DNA of 64,000 nt from Candidatus Bathyarchaeota archaeon (GCA_963720565.1 CAVRFW010000009.1:256001-320000), one strand, 5' to 3'. Positions 1 through 11,374 are shown, counted from the stretch's first letter. Made by a program: numbers and translations. Notes: generated by a model from the sequence alone, not told the origin.

Positions 1-2
1 AC

Positions 3-1475
3 ATGCGTCATTATCTTCATTCAGAAAGCAAAGAGCGCGAGAGGATTCTGCGCACCGTAGGTGAAAGAATTTTCAGGCCTAAAATGTTTGATGTCGGCGA
101 TGTCAGGTTGACCGTACTTGGAGGAGCCCAAGAAGTAGGACGCTCAGCTTTTCTAGTGAAAACACGTGAAAGCAGCGTACTCCTGGACTGCGGTATCCAT
201 CCAGGTTCACAGCGGCCTTTCGAAGGTTTTCCACGGTTTGACTCGCCAGAGTTTCAAATTGATGCTTTGGACGCTGTAGTTATAACCCACGCCCATTTGG
301 ATCACTGCGGTCTGACACCTTTTCTGTACAAGTATGGTTACGATGGACCAGTATACTGTTCTGCGCCAACTTCAAACTTGATGACGATGTTGCAGTTGGA
401 TTATCTGGATGTGGCTAACAAACAAGGAATTACAGCGCGTTATGACCAGAAGGATGTTCGCGAGTGCGTCTTGCACACAATTCCACTGCGGTTCGGCGTC
501 GTTACCGATATCGCGCCGGACATTCGGCTGACGCTTCATAATTCGGGTCATATACTTGGTGGTGCCATGGCACATTTGCACATCGGCGAGGGATTGCACA
601 ACATAGTCTACACAAGTGACTACAAGTTTGCAAGGACAATGCTATTGGAAGCTGCGACAACAGAGTTCCCGCGAATCGAGACCGTGATCACAGAAAGCAC
701 TTACGGGGGACCAGATGACTTCACTCCATCCAGAGTTGAGTCTGAAGAACGTCTAACCCATCTTGTGAACGAGACTTTGGAACGGAAAGGTAAGGTTCTC
801 ATCCCTGTGCCTGCGGTGGGCAGAGCCCAAGAAATAATGCTCATCATTGATGGGTACATGAAACGTGGATTAATGCGGGAAGCACCAGTTTTCATCGAGG
901 GAATGATCTCTGAGGCGACGGCCATTCACACTGCTTATCCAGAATATCTAGGTAGAGAAGTCAGACACAGCATTCTTCATGAAGAGGTGAATCCGTTTCA
1001 GTCGGACTACTTCACAATAGTGGAGCATCCGAGTGTGAGGCAGAGTATAATGGAAGGTGATCCCTGCATCGTTCTAGCGACCTCTGGGATGCTTGAAGGT
1101 GGACCCGTTATCGAGTACTTCAAAAACTGGGCGAACGATGAGAAAAACACCATAATTTTTGTCAGCTATCAGATTGAAGGTACAATGGGCAAAAGAGTGC
1201 AGAAAGGCGTAAGCGAAGTTACGATGATGGATAATGATGGCAAAATGGGTGCTCTGGCGGTGAGAATGCAGGTTGAATCTATTGAGGGTTTTTCAGGTCA
1301 CTCTGACAGGAGGCAACTCGTCAACTATTTGACCCATCTTAATCCTAAACCCGAAAGAATCTTCGTTTGCCATGGAGAAAAGCAGAAAACGTTGAACCTT
1401 GCGAACTTTCTCGATAAGAAAGCTGGCATAAACACTGTTGTTCCAGCTGTACTGGAAACCTTTAGGCTGCTGTAG
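3..1475 (+). CDS. beta-CASP ribonuclease aCPSF1 (FttA), 5' part lies outside the window
   Basis: MBL/beta-CASP motifs LGGAQEVGRS, THAHLDHCG, SGHILG, ESTYG, SGMLEGGP, FSGHSDR, HGE; the N-terminal KH domains are cut off by the window edge. Confidence 0.93.
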   Translation: MRHYLHSESKERERILRTVGERIFRPKMFDVGDVRLTVLGGAQEVGRSAFLVKTRESSVLLDCGIHPGSQRPFEGFPRFDSPEFQIDALDAVVITHAHLDHCGLTPFLYKYGYDGPVYCSAPTSNLMTMLQLDYLDVANKQGITARYDQKDVRECVLHTIPLRFGVVTDIAPDIRLTLHNSGHILGGAMAHLHIGEGLHNIVYTSDYKFARTMLLEAATTEFPRIETVITESTYGGPDDFTPSRVESEERLTHLVNETLERKGKVLIPVPAVGRAQEIMLIIDGYMKRGLMREAPVFIEGMISEATAIHTAYPEYLGREVRHSILHEEVNPFQSDYFTIVEHPSVRQSIMEGDPCIVLATSGMLEGGPVIEYFKNWANDEKNTIIFVSYQIEGTMGKRVQKGVSEVTMMDNDGKMGALAVRMQVESIEGFSGHSDRRQLVNYLTHLNPKPERIFVCHGEKQKTLNLANFLDKKAGINTVVPAVLETFRLL

Positions 1476-1836
1476 GTAAAGGTTCATTTGAAACTGGCGT
1501 CTTTTCTCGCCATATTCTTACGTTTTGAGGGCAGATGACCACTCTCTCTTCACCCAGACGGGCGATGTCTCCACCTATGGATTCAGCGAATTCGTAGAGC
1601 TGGTTCACGGCGTTTTTCACGTCCTCGATGCTCTTGTTGGCAAGAGGCGTTATCCGCAGAATGAGTATGTTTCCTTTTTTTACTTCGTTCTTAATTCCTT
1701 CCAAATCTGAGAGGTCCCGCAACGGCATAGCCTTGAGATAGGTTTTTTCTTGGCCTTCTTTGTCTTCGGATGGTTGCATTTCCGTTTTTTCATCCTCTTC
1801 TTTCTTTGGTTTTTGGAATACGCCCAGTAAAGGCAT
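1462..1836 (-). CDS. sepF: cell division protein SepF (DUF552)
   Basis: IKNEVKKGNILILRITPL...GGDIARLGEERVVICP pattern; overlaps the 3' end of aCPSF1 convergently by 14 nt. Confidence 0.8.
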   Translation of the reverse strand: MPLLGVFQKPKKEEDEKTEMQPSEDKEGQEKTYLKAMPLRDLSDLEGIKNEVKKGNILILRITPLANKSIEDVKNAVNQLYEFAESIGGDIARLGEERVVICPQNVRIWREKTPVSNEPLPTAA

Positions 1837-2186
1837 TTTTCTCTTCTATAGCTGTGCTATTTAATAGCTCTAAACAGTTAAGCGTTTCTTAATTTAAAGT
1901 CTGAATTTTAGTACAGAATGTGGGCTAAGTTAATAATTATCTTATGAATTCGTGATAAAGATTGCTACTCACACTCTTTGGATGGATGTCGCGATCTTGG
2001 CTTTCTCAGGCAACTGGTAAGCCAGAATTGGTGTTGCATCCACACACCTTTTCATTTTACACTGTTTTGAAATATGTTCGGCATAATATTGCGGTTATTG
2101 AAATATGCAGACTTGCGAAACAGGACTTAAAATACTCTTCTCCGTAACTCAGTTATAGAAAACAGTTCTAAAAGAGGAAAATAGAA

Positions 2187-2519
2187 ATGAACTCGTGGAC
2201 GGCAGAATCATCCAAAAGAAGGGACAAACTTAGCATTGTGGCTGAAATCTTGGAAATTGCTAAGGAAGGAACATTGAAGACCCAGATAATGTATAGGGCA
2301 AACCTGAGCTTTGCACAACTCAATGAATATCTCAAGTTTATGTTGAAAATTCAATTGCTAAACAAATTCATCGATAATGGAAAAGACATTTATGTAGCTA
2401 CGAAGAAGGGAATGGACTTCTTGCAGCGACACTCGGAATTAACTGGATTACTTGTTGAAGAGACCAATGGCAAAAACGGTGCGAAATTTCCGCCTCAGAA
2501 TTTGCTTAGAAAGGTTTAG
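2187..2519 (+). CDS. winged-helix transcriptional regulator (HTH_45/ArnR1-like)
   Basis: RRDKLSIVAEILE...KTQIMYRANLSFAQLNEYL...YVATKKG signature. Confidence 0.85.
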   Translation: MNSWTAESSKRRDKLSIVAEILEIAKEGTLKTQIMYRANLSFAQLNEYLKFMLKIQLLNKFIDNGKDIYVATKKGMDFLQRHSELTGLLVEETNGKNGAKFPPQNLLRKV

Positions 2520-3079
2520 GTCTTGTCCTTATAGCCTGCATCCGATATTGACCAATAATCAAAAAAGGACCTTTCAAGAGTTTTAGTGCGGTTTCCAGGC
2601 TCTGGTTTTTTAGTGCAGAGTTAGTCCATGTTTCTTAGAGTTCCAGGTTTATGGATATGTCTCGTTCGATTCACAAAATGAGTTCTCTATGCTCCTGCTT
2701 CAAATCGTCGATTTAAGTTTTGTAATCGAATTCACTTCCTATATTGCCTTGGTATTTGTCGAAATTGCTGACTTGTGTACATATGTCAAATGAGAATTCT
2801 TCAGTTTCCACAGTCCATGAGTCTTGTCATTTAACGCATGAAAGCCGTTTGAATATTCCTTTGGAAGAGCGCCAGCAACATCAAGACTCAATTTCGTAGC
2901 TGACTTAAAAAAAGATAGATGATTCCGGAAAGCTTATCTTTTAGAACACGAGATGCAAAGGCGCAGTTGAGGTGGCATGCGAAGCTGCTCGTTTTTCAGT
3001 GGACCACGACGAAAATCTCATATAGATTGACAAAATGGTTTTAAGGGTTAACATGCGTATGCATGCTGAGATTAAGGCT

Positions 3080-3814
3080 ATGACGGTAAAAGCTGTGCTC
3101 TTTGACATGTTTGACACTCTGATGATGATTGAGAAGGATCATATGTTCTATAATCCTTCATTGCGGAGCGCCCATAGGTCTCTGGTTAATCATGATGTGG
3201 ACGTGGGGTTCTCGGAGTTTCGGCAGGCGTACGTTAAGGCTCGGGATGCTATTTATGCGGCAGCTGAAGCAACGTTGGATGAACCGCATTTTAATGTTCG
3301 GATTGCGGATACGCTGTTTAGCTTGGGCTACAAATGCACTGTCGACAGTCCGGTTGTGGCTTCGGCAACTCTTGCGTTTTGCGAGGAGTTTATGAAATAT
3401 GTTCGGATAGATGATTGTGCAAAAATAGTTCTGCATGAGCTGCATGGGAGATATAAACTCGGGATCGTGTCTAACTTTGCCATTCCTGAATGTGTACATA
3501 GCCTTCTAGAAAGGCATGGTTTAACAGACCTTTTCGATGTAGTAGTGGTTTCTGGAGCAGTTAACAAGCGTAAGCCAAGCCCTGAAATTTATGTTAAAGC
3601 GCTGGAACTAATGGGCGTAAAGGCATCGGAAACAGTGTTCGTGGGAGACACGGTAGACGCCGATGTTGCGGGGCCAACAAAAGTGGGAATGAAAACAGTT
3701 TTCATAGAACGCCGTTTTCAGAAGGAGATAGAACAGTTCTCTCCAACGGAGACTATAAAGAGTCTGGGCGAGTTGCCAGTGGCGCTTAAACTTTGCCTAA
3801 CAAAGGCAGAATAA
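3080..3814 (+). CDS. HAD-superfamily hydrolase
   Basis: Motif I FDMFDTL, then VSN, KP, VGDTVDADV; likely start MTVKAV (ORF open from 3035). Confidence 0.9.
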   Translation: MTVKAVLFDMFDTLMMIEKDHMFYNPSLRSAHRSLVNHDVDVGFSEFRQAYVKARDAIYAAAEATLDEPHFNVRIADTLFSLGYKCTVDSPVVASATLAFCEEFMKYVRIDDCAKIVLHELHGRYKLGIVSNFAIPECVHSLLERHGLTDLFDVVVVSGAVNKRKPSPEIYVKALELMGVKASETVFVGDTVDADVAGPTKVGMKTVFIERRFQKEIEQFSPTETIKSLGELPVALKLCLTKAE

Positions 3815-3886
3815 TTATGTTTTGACTACCCATAATAAAATGGTAATATTCGGTTTTGGAGCGCGTGCGAGTACACCTCATCGCCC

Positions 3887-4102
3887 TTAGTTGGGGATTG
3901 CCACGTAAAAACGTCCATCTGTTGTCTTCTTCACGTTAGCGAACAAACCTCCAGCGATGTAATGTATCCAGTTTTGTTCCTGAATGTCCAAGTTTGCTTC
4001 TTGGCTTGTAGCAGCTTTTTCCTTTGAAGTCGCTCCAACAGCTACAAGTTTTGTTCTAATGCTCTCTTCAACGGCGAAGAGAGTCCCTGAGACTACTTCC
4101 AT
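3887..4102 (-). CDS. small hypothetical protein
   Basis: 71-aa ORF preceded by a GGAGG-like SD on the minus strand; no family recognised. Confidence 0.45.
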   Translation of the reverse strand: MEVVSGTLFAVEESIRTKLVAVGATSKEKAATSQEANLDIQEQNWIHYIAGGLFANVKKTTDGRFYVAIPN

Positions 4103-4415
4103 ACTCCAACCTCCATCACATTTAGTTCAATATCTGTAATAAAATAGAAAAACCGGATAACAATGGAACTTTCGTCAAGAGAATTCTATCTATTACACTT
4201 AGATAATGGTCAAGCGAATATTTAAGGCTGGTCTCCAAACCGAGACAAATTGGAAGAAACCTGCAAGAATGAGAACATATTAATAACTTCTGGTAACTAC
4301 TAGCCATGGTCGGTATTGATAAGATGCCCCAGTTGTTTCTTCCATAGAGCTGTGTTTGTGCAGACCCAGGACATTAAGCTCTATAGCAACGTTTATTTCG
4401 TGCCGACGAGAAATG

Positions 4416-4421
4416 TTTATA
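4416..4421 (+). promoter_or_regulatory. probable TATA box of the 16S rRNA promoter
   Basis: TTTATA preceded by a purine-rich BRE-like GAGAAA, about 280 nt upstream of the mature 16S 5' end. Confidence 0.55.
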
Positions 4422-4592
4422 TGGGCTGAAACTGCTTCTGAATAGTTTCAGCTACAAGCTAGCCCCGCAATTAACAATATGGCGGCGGCTCAACCCCAAC
4501 CGAAACGGCGATTAGCCTTACAGGGATGCGGGTGTTGGCCTCCAGTTGCGGGGACACATATGTGGACCTGATATTAATATTAGGTCTGAATT

Positions 4593-4632
4593 GGGCTTTG
4601 ACGTTAATGTGGTACATTCCCTCCAAATCCAG
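4593..4632 (+). other. 5' arm of the 16S processing stem (bulge-helix-bulge)
   Basis: GGGCTTTGACGTTAATGT (4593-4610) is the exact complement of 6226-6243; TTCC-CTCC-AAA-TCCAG pairs with CTGGA-GGAG-CAA-GGAA. Confidence 0.9.
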
Positions 4633-4695
4633 TTAGGCACAAGAATGCGATTTACCATAAACATCCTGCACGATCACGGAGTGCGCAAGTGCGTA

Positions 4696-6189
<1,494 letters not shown>

Positions 6190-6206
6190 AAGAAAGCAAT
6201 TGCCTT

Positions 6207-6243
6207 CTGGAGGAGCAAGGAAGCGACATTAACGTCAAAGCCC
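6207..6243 (+). other. 3' arm of the 16S processing stem (bulge-helix-bulge)
   Basis: CTGGA GGAG CAA GGAA ... ACATTAACGTCAAAGCCC, complementary to 4593-4632. Confidence 0.9.
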
Positions 6244-6320
6244 TAACAACGGGTTACAAACAAATTTTTATTAGAATAGAAGTATTTAGAGACAACAAGG
6301 TGATTTTCTAATACTGCTTT

Positions 6321-6401
6321 ATGGTTTTGGCAGCTGTTACTGTGGTGTTTTTTGGAGCTCTGCTTTATTGGATAAGCCTTAGTCAACGAGAAGACGAGTG
6401 A
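6321..6401 (+). CDS. possible 26-aa single-TM peptide (MVLAAVTVVFFGALLYWISLSQREDE)
   Basis: Translated by hand; hydrophobic helix plus charged tail; may be spurious. Confidence 0.2.
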   Translation: MVLAAVTVVFFGALLYWISLSQREDE

Positions 6402-6565
6402 TTAGTGCGTAGAAAGGTTCTTAAGTAATTGACCGTTCTTTTAGACGGCAAATAGAGTTGCCTGGTGGAAACGCCTAGGCTTAAGTACTAGCCTTATCCT
6501 TTAAAAGGAAAAGGGCTGATATCAGCAGAAAAAGTTAAAATAGTTGAATGAAGAGGTGAAAAAGT

Positions 6566-6886
6566 ATGGAAAACATTTACGCCGCGATGCTCCTTCACAA
6601 GGCTGGAAAAGAAATCAATGAGGAAGCCGTTACAAACGTTTTGACAGCAGCAGGATTAACTGTTGATGCAGTGAAAGTGAAAGCCCTTGTAGCGTCTCTA
6701 AGTGAGGTCAACATTGACGAAGCAATCAAAGCCGCACCGACAATGATGGCAGCCGCTCCAGCACAAGCAGTTGCCGCGCCAGTCGCAGAACAAAAGCCGA
6801 AGGAAGAAGACAAGAAGAAGAAAGTTGAAGAAGAAAAAGCCAAAGAAGAAGCAGCACTTGAAGGTTTAGGCGCTTTATTCGGGTAA
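6566..6886 (+). CDS. rpl12: 50S ribosomal protein L12/P1 (stalk)
   Basis: IYAAMLLHKAGKEINEE, Ala-rich hinge, C-terminal EGLGALFG; GAGGTGA SD. Confidence 0.97.
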   Translation: MENIYAAMLLHKAGKEINEEAVTNVLTAAGLTVDAVKVKALVASLSEVNIDEAIKAAPTMMAAAPAQAVAAPVAEQKPKEEDKKKKVEEEKAKEEAALEGLGALFG

Positions 6887-6923
6887 ACATACCCCAACTT
6901 TTTCTGCGTTAATTTTTCCCTAA

Positions 6924-7958
6924 TTATATTGTTGTTGATTTTTTCTGTCTTTTTTCATTTATTAATTTCCAGGCTACAATGGGCAGCCATCCTAGTAAGA
7001 TTGGAAGTGTTGCTGGGAGAGCGCCGAACTGGGTCGGATTCAGCAGCAGTAGCTCGAAGAATCCGAAGGAAAGGCTCATTGTGGCTACTGATAGCACTGC
7101 GATTTTCTTGTCGAATTTCTTCATTGTTTGAGTTCCAAGAATGCCTGCGAAAAAGAAATCGCCAAGACCCAGCCTCAAGAATGCGATAGCTCCTCCATTA
7201 GTGAATATTAAAGGAATCGTGGGAAAAGCAACTAACACGGGAAGGCCTAGACTGGAAACCGCGTTTGCAGTATCAACCATTGCCCCTGTTACCCATACTA
7301 GTATTATGTCCAATACTGTCAGAGCTATTCCGAAAACAATAGCTGTTTTCCAAGTGAATAGGCTGCTCAAATATAGGACGATTAGAACGGCAAATATCAA
7401 ACCGTAGGCGTCTAGGAGAAATGGAAACCAAATCTGCGTCCCGTTGAAAAAAATGAATAAGAGCAGGAACAATGCTGGCGCCAGGACTGCAGCATACCAC
7501 CTTGGCTTAGATTCTTTCTTATGCCGGGCATAAACCAAGGCGAGAAGAGCCGCTACGGTTAAAATGGCGAAAGCTATGGTCCCATAAGTTCTTAATTCGC
7601 TTGGGAAAAAACCATAAAAACCAAGAGTGCCTGCAACCGTGGCTGCGATAATTGTTGCCGAGCAGAACAGTGTCAATCGCTTTTCAGACATATCTGAGAA
7701 AGCGTATGAAACAGTGAACAGCAGTGTTGAGTAGGAGAAAAGAAAAACAGCCATAATCGCCATCTGAGGAATGAAAACGATAATGGAAACCGACACGCCA
7801 ATCAACGCAATAAGAAGGGCAACATCTCGAGTTCTGAATTCCTTTTCTTCAACGATTGTTTTAAGCTTGGCCTCCGCTTTTTTGCTCAAGAACATGCTTA
7901 CAAGTGTTACTGTGAAAAGAAGCATTGGGAAGAGAATGTCGAATTGCATGCAAAGCAA
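6924..7958 (-). CDS. GxGD-type intramembrane aspartyl protease (presenilin/signal peptide peptidase family)
   Basis: Many TM segments; LDIILV (first Asp), LGLGD, LPAT (PAL-like). Confidence 0.8.
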   Translation of the reverse strand: MLCMQFDILFPMLLFTVTLVSMFLSKKAEAKLKTIVEEKEFRTRDVALLIALIGVSVSIIVFIPQMAIMAVFLFSYSTLLFTVSYAFSDMSEKRLTLFCSATIIAATVAGTLGFYGFFPSELRTYGTIAFAILTVAALLALVYARHKKESKPRWYAAVLAPALFLLLFIFFNGTQIWFPFLLDAYGLIFAVLIVLYLSSLFTWKTAIVFGIALTVLDIILVWVTGAMVDTANAVSSLGLPVLVAFPTIPLIFTNGGAIAFLRLGLGDFFFAGILGTQTMKKFDKKIAVLSVATMSLSFGFFELLLLNPTQFGALPATLPILLGWLPIVAWKLINEKRQKKSTTI

Positions 7959-8046
7959 ATCTGCACACGCAGATTTAATTCTTTAGCTTAGAAACGGCAT
8001 TAACGGGAAAGAATTGCAAGCGAGCATGACAAAACTGGAGCGTGAT

Positions 8047-8919
8047 TCAGCGCTCAAACTGAGTGTTGAGAATCGCCAAAGATGCAAGAACCGCTTCTTC
8101 TGTCCTTACCGTCTCAGTTCCTTGAAACATAATTGTGTTAACCACAAAATCCATTGTGTCGTTGAGGTTTATTCCTTCGTCTCTTGCTATTTCGAACAAT
8201 CCCCGTGCCGGTGAGCCAAAAGCCAAGAGAACGCTCTTGGCTCTTGCCCACCGCGCAGCGATTTTTCCAGCGACATCCGTGAATCTGGAGCCGAATTTGG
8301 AAGTTCCAATTGTCAAGTCGAATCCTCCATTTTTGACGAATGCGCTGAAGGAAGCTTTCTGCGTAGAAACCCTGTATCCCCAGTAAGAGGGAATTTCGTC
8401 CCGGTCCACGCTCTCAACATTAGCCTGGTCCCCTACTTTTACCACCCTTACCGTCAGGCGCCCGCCAACTGCAGCTCTGGTTTCTCTCAAGAGAACGGGC
8501 TTTTCCACTCCAATATCTACAAGCGCGCCATCTCTGGTTCCTGAAAGAACAACGCCCTCGCGGTTTTCACCAACTTTCAAGTTTGCAGCCTTGTTATTCA
8601 GAGGATGGTGCGGCGTGCGCAAAGGAGGAAGTATACCTGCAAATTGTAGCTGTGGTTCGAGTTTGAAAAGCCTCTTCCTCAAGTATTGGGGAGTTTCCAT
8701 GTAGGAAAGCAGAGTGCTGATTAGTTTAAGATCATCACCTTGACTGGTTTTTGGGTTGTCAACATATACTACAATTTCGTTTACTCGAAAAATAGCGGCT
8801 GCCCTTCCAATAAAGCCGATTTTTGAGGTTTTCTCGCGCAGGTGCGGCGTGTCTGAGATAACCGACGCGGGAACTGCAATCGTCAACTTCTTATCCATAG
8901 TAAATGGCTCTCTCCACAT
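8047..8919 (-). CDS. SPOUT RNA methyltransferase (DUF171/SPOUT1 family)
   Basis: IGRAAAIFRV, YMETPQYLRK, LPPLRTPHH, FGSP, QGTETVRTEEA; start may be MDKKL at 8898. Confidence 0.9.
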   Translation of the reverse strand: MWREPFTMDKKLTIAVPASVISDTPHLREKTSKIGFIGRAAAIFRVNEIVVYVDNPKTSQGDDLKLISTLLSYMETPQYLRKRLFKLEPQLQFAGILPPLRTPHHPLNNKAANLKVGENREGVVLSGTRDGALVDIGVEKPVLLRETRAAVGGRLTVRVVKVGDQANVESVDRDEIPSYWGYRVSTQKASFSAFVKNGGFDLTIGTSKFGSRFTDVAGKIAARWARAKSVLLAFGSPARGLFEIARDEGINLNDTMDFVVNTIMFQGTETVRTEEAVLASLAILNTQFER

Positions 8920-8988
8920 GAAATTACTGATATCTACGTTCAGCTTAAAAGACTAGGACAGAATATAAAAATGCAGGTGACGTGTGAA

Positions 8989-10092
8989 ATGGCGAAGTCC
9001 CTTTTGGAAAATGTTGAAAAAGTCGGGAAAGTTGACAGAAGCAATATGATTTCATACTGCGTGGATGCTTCACGACATTATGTGGAGTCCGCGAGAGCAG
9101 CCCAGAGAATCTCGCTTGAATATCCAAAACCGAAGAACATAATTATCGCCGGTTTGGGTGGCTCCGCAATCGGCGGAGAACTCTTAAAAGACTGGGCGCG
9201 GGAAAAAACGCCGGTGCCAATTGAGGTTAACAGGGAATACAATCTGCCTGGGTATGCAAACAAGAATACCCTTGTCGTCGTCGTGAGTTACTCAGGTGAG
9301 ACTGAAGAGTCTTTGGGCGCGTTCCTCGACGCAGTTAGAAGAAAGTGTATGATTTACTGTGTAAGCTCTGGAGGTAGCTTGTTAGAGTTTGCTGAAAAGC
9401 TTGGAGTGCCACACCTGCGTGTTGCGGCGGGCATGCCTCCCCGTGCAGCCTTGCCTCACATGTTCTTGCCTCTGCTCGTGTGCCTGGAGAAATCGCAGAT
9501 GGTTTCTGGTGTTTCAGAGGAGCTCTCGGAGACAGTGAAACTTCTCGAGAGAATTAGCGCGGGAAATTCTCCTGAGAGATCAAGTGAGGATAATCCTGCA
9601 AAAACTTTGGCTTTGGACATAAATGGCACCGTGCCCGTGGTCTACGGTTTTGGAATTTATCGTGGAGTTGCGCAGCGGTTTAAGCAGCAGTTCAATGAGA
9701 ACAGCAAGATGCCTGCGAAGTGGGAGTATTTCTCGGAGCTCAATCATAACGAGATTGTGGGTTGGGAGGAGAGCGGCAAGTTGGGACCGTGCTTTTCTAC
9801 GATATTTATCCGAGACAAGAATGAGCCGGATGAGATCCGCGCCAGGATTGAAACTACTATGAAGCTGATGCGGCCCATGAAGATGTTTGAAGTATGGAGT
9901 CAAGGTAAAAGTAGTTTAGCTAGAATGCTTTCGACAATTCTGGTTGGAGATTTTGTAAGCGTTTATCTGGCAATTCTACGCGGGGTCGACCCAACTCCTG
10001 TTAAAACGATTAGCCTGTTGAAGGAGACGATGAAGGAGAGCAAAACGAAAGATAGGATAATCGGTGAACTGGAGAGAATAGCTTCGAAATAG
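8989..10092 (+). CDS. bifunctional phosphoglucose/phosphomannose isomerase
   Basis: GLGGSAIGG, SYSGETEE, PPRAA, RFKQQFNENSK, ELNHNE, GVDPTPV; AGGTGA SD before 8989. Confidence 0.93.
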   Translation: MAKSLLENVEKVGKVDRSNMISYCVDASRHYVESARAAQRISLEYPKPKNIIIAGLGGSAIGGELLKDWAREKTPVPIEVNREYNLPGYANKNTLVVVVSYSGETEESLGAFLDAVRRKCMIYCVSSGGSLLEFAEKLGVPHLRVAAGMPPRAALPHMFLPLLVCLEKSQMVSGVSEELSETVKLLERISAGNSPERSSEDNPAKTLALDINGTVPVVYGFGIYRGVAQRFKQQFNENSKMPAKWEYFSELNHNEIVGWEESGKLGPCFSTIFIRDKNEPDEIRARIETTMKLMRPMKMFEVWSQGKSSLARMLSTILVGDFVSVYLAILRGVDPTPVKTISLLKETMKESKTKDRIIGELERIASK

Positions 10093-10093
10093 C

Positions 10094-11152
10094 TCAAGAG
10101 TTTTCGGTTACGAATGTCTTGAACGTTTGTTCAGCTGTTTCGATTGGCATCATCTGTGGTGGTCGTTTGAATGCGTATGCACACACGGGCAGTATTGCTC
10201 CTTTGTGCTTTTTGTTTAGCGCTATTTTTACAGCTCTCACGACGTCAAAGAGTACGCTTCCCGCGTTTGGCGCGTCGACGGTGCTGAATTTAAGGTCTAT
10301 CTGCAATGGTGTGTTGCAGAAGTAGACTCCGCTTATCCAGAAGTAGCTGTCGCGTTTGTTTTGGAGGAAATCAACGTAGTCTGTTGAGCCTGCCACAACC
10401 TCTGCCTTATAGGGCAACGAGTTTTCTACGGATTGTGTTTTGATTATTCGCTTGGTTTCGCGTGTTCGGTCAAGCGTTTCCAGAGATTCCGTTCCTCCAC
10501 CAACGTCCAGCTGGTAAGTCTCGGTTATTTTTACTCCATTCATCGAAAGCAGTTTCAGCAGTGTTTTGTGCAGAGCGGTTGACCCTGCCTGATCCACCAA
10601 GTCGTCGCCGACCAATGGGATTCCCCTCTCTTCAAAACGTTTAGCCCAAGCTGCTTCGCTGGCTATGAAGTTTGGTGTGGCGTTAACGAAAGCACATTTG
10701 GCGGCTAAAGACTGCTCGGCGTACCATCTGGAAGCTTGCGTTGCTCCACTCGGAAGAAGGTTGATAACTATTTCGGCGCCGGAGGCTTTCAGAGTGTTCT
10801 CAACGTTCACGTCAGGTTTAGTGCTTATTTTGAGGATGCTTTCGGTAGATTTGCCGACGCCGTCCAAGAGTGGTCCTTTGTTAACAACTATTCCTGTTGG
10901 AGGAACTTCAACGACCTTCGGCGTGTTGTTTGGTTCCGCGAAAATTGCTTCTGATAGGTCTTTTCCGACTTTTCGCTCGTCTACATCGAAGGCTGCAACA
11001 ACTTCTATGTCGTTGGGCGATAAACCTCCTAATTGCGGGTTTCGCAACCCGACAGAATTCTCTTGATTTAGCTTGCCATAATAGCGCAAGCCTTGGACGA
11101 AGGCTGAAGCGCAATTGCCAACTCCGATTAACGCGACTTTAGCTTTGGGCAT
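10094..11152 (-). CDS. myo-inositol-1-phosphate synthase family protein (divergent)
   Basis: IGVGNCASA, AAFDVDERKVGKDL, FVNATP, VGDD, FKRPP. Confidence 0.85.
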   Translation of the reverse strand: MPKAKVALIGVGNCASAFVQGLRYYGKLNQENSVGLRNPQLGGLSPNDIEVVAAFDVDERKVGKDLSEAIFAEPNNTPKVVEVPPTGIVVNKGPLLDGVGKSTESILKISTKPDVNVENTLKASGAEIVINLLPSGATQASRWYAEQSLAAKCAFVNATPNFIASEAAWAKRFEERGIPLVGDDLVDQAGSTALHKTLLKLLSMNGVKITETYQLDVGGGTESLETLDRTRETKRIIKTQSVENSLPYKAEVVAGSTDYVDFLQNKRDSYFWISGVYFCNTPLQIDLKFSTVDAPNAGSVLFDVVRAVKIALNKKHKGAILPVCAYAFKRPPQMMPIETAEQTFKTFVTENS

Positions 11153-11374
11153 TTTCGAACACCTTGTATGAACTTTTCTTATTGACGATTACCTTATAAA
11201 AGGCTACGCTGCTCCAAGGCTTAGAATTATGCTAAGGGCATGAGTACTCGATGGGCGGGAGCCAGTTTGTGAAATATTAGAGTCGTGGTATCTTGTTAGG
11301 TGAATTGGGGTCGAGGCAAGAAGCAACCTTTTAATTTCTATGTAGCTCTTAACCCTGAAAAGGGTTGGATTAGA

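Noticed and set aside
2520..3034. ~500-bp ORF-free gap
   Set aside because: No repeat, RNA motif or recognisable gene remnant seen.
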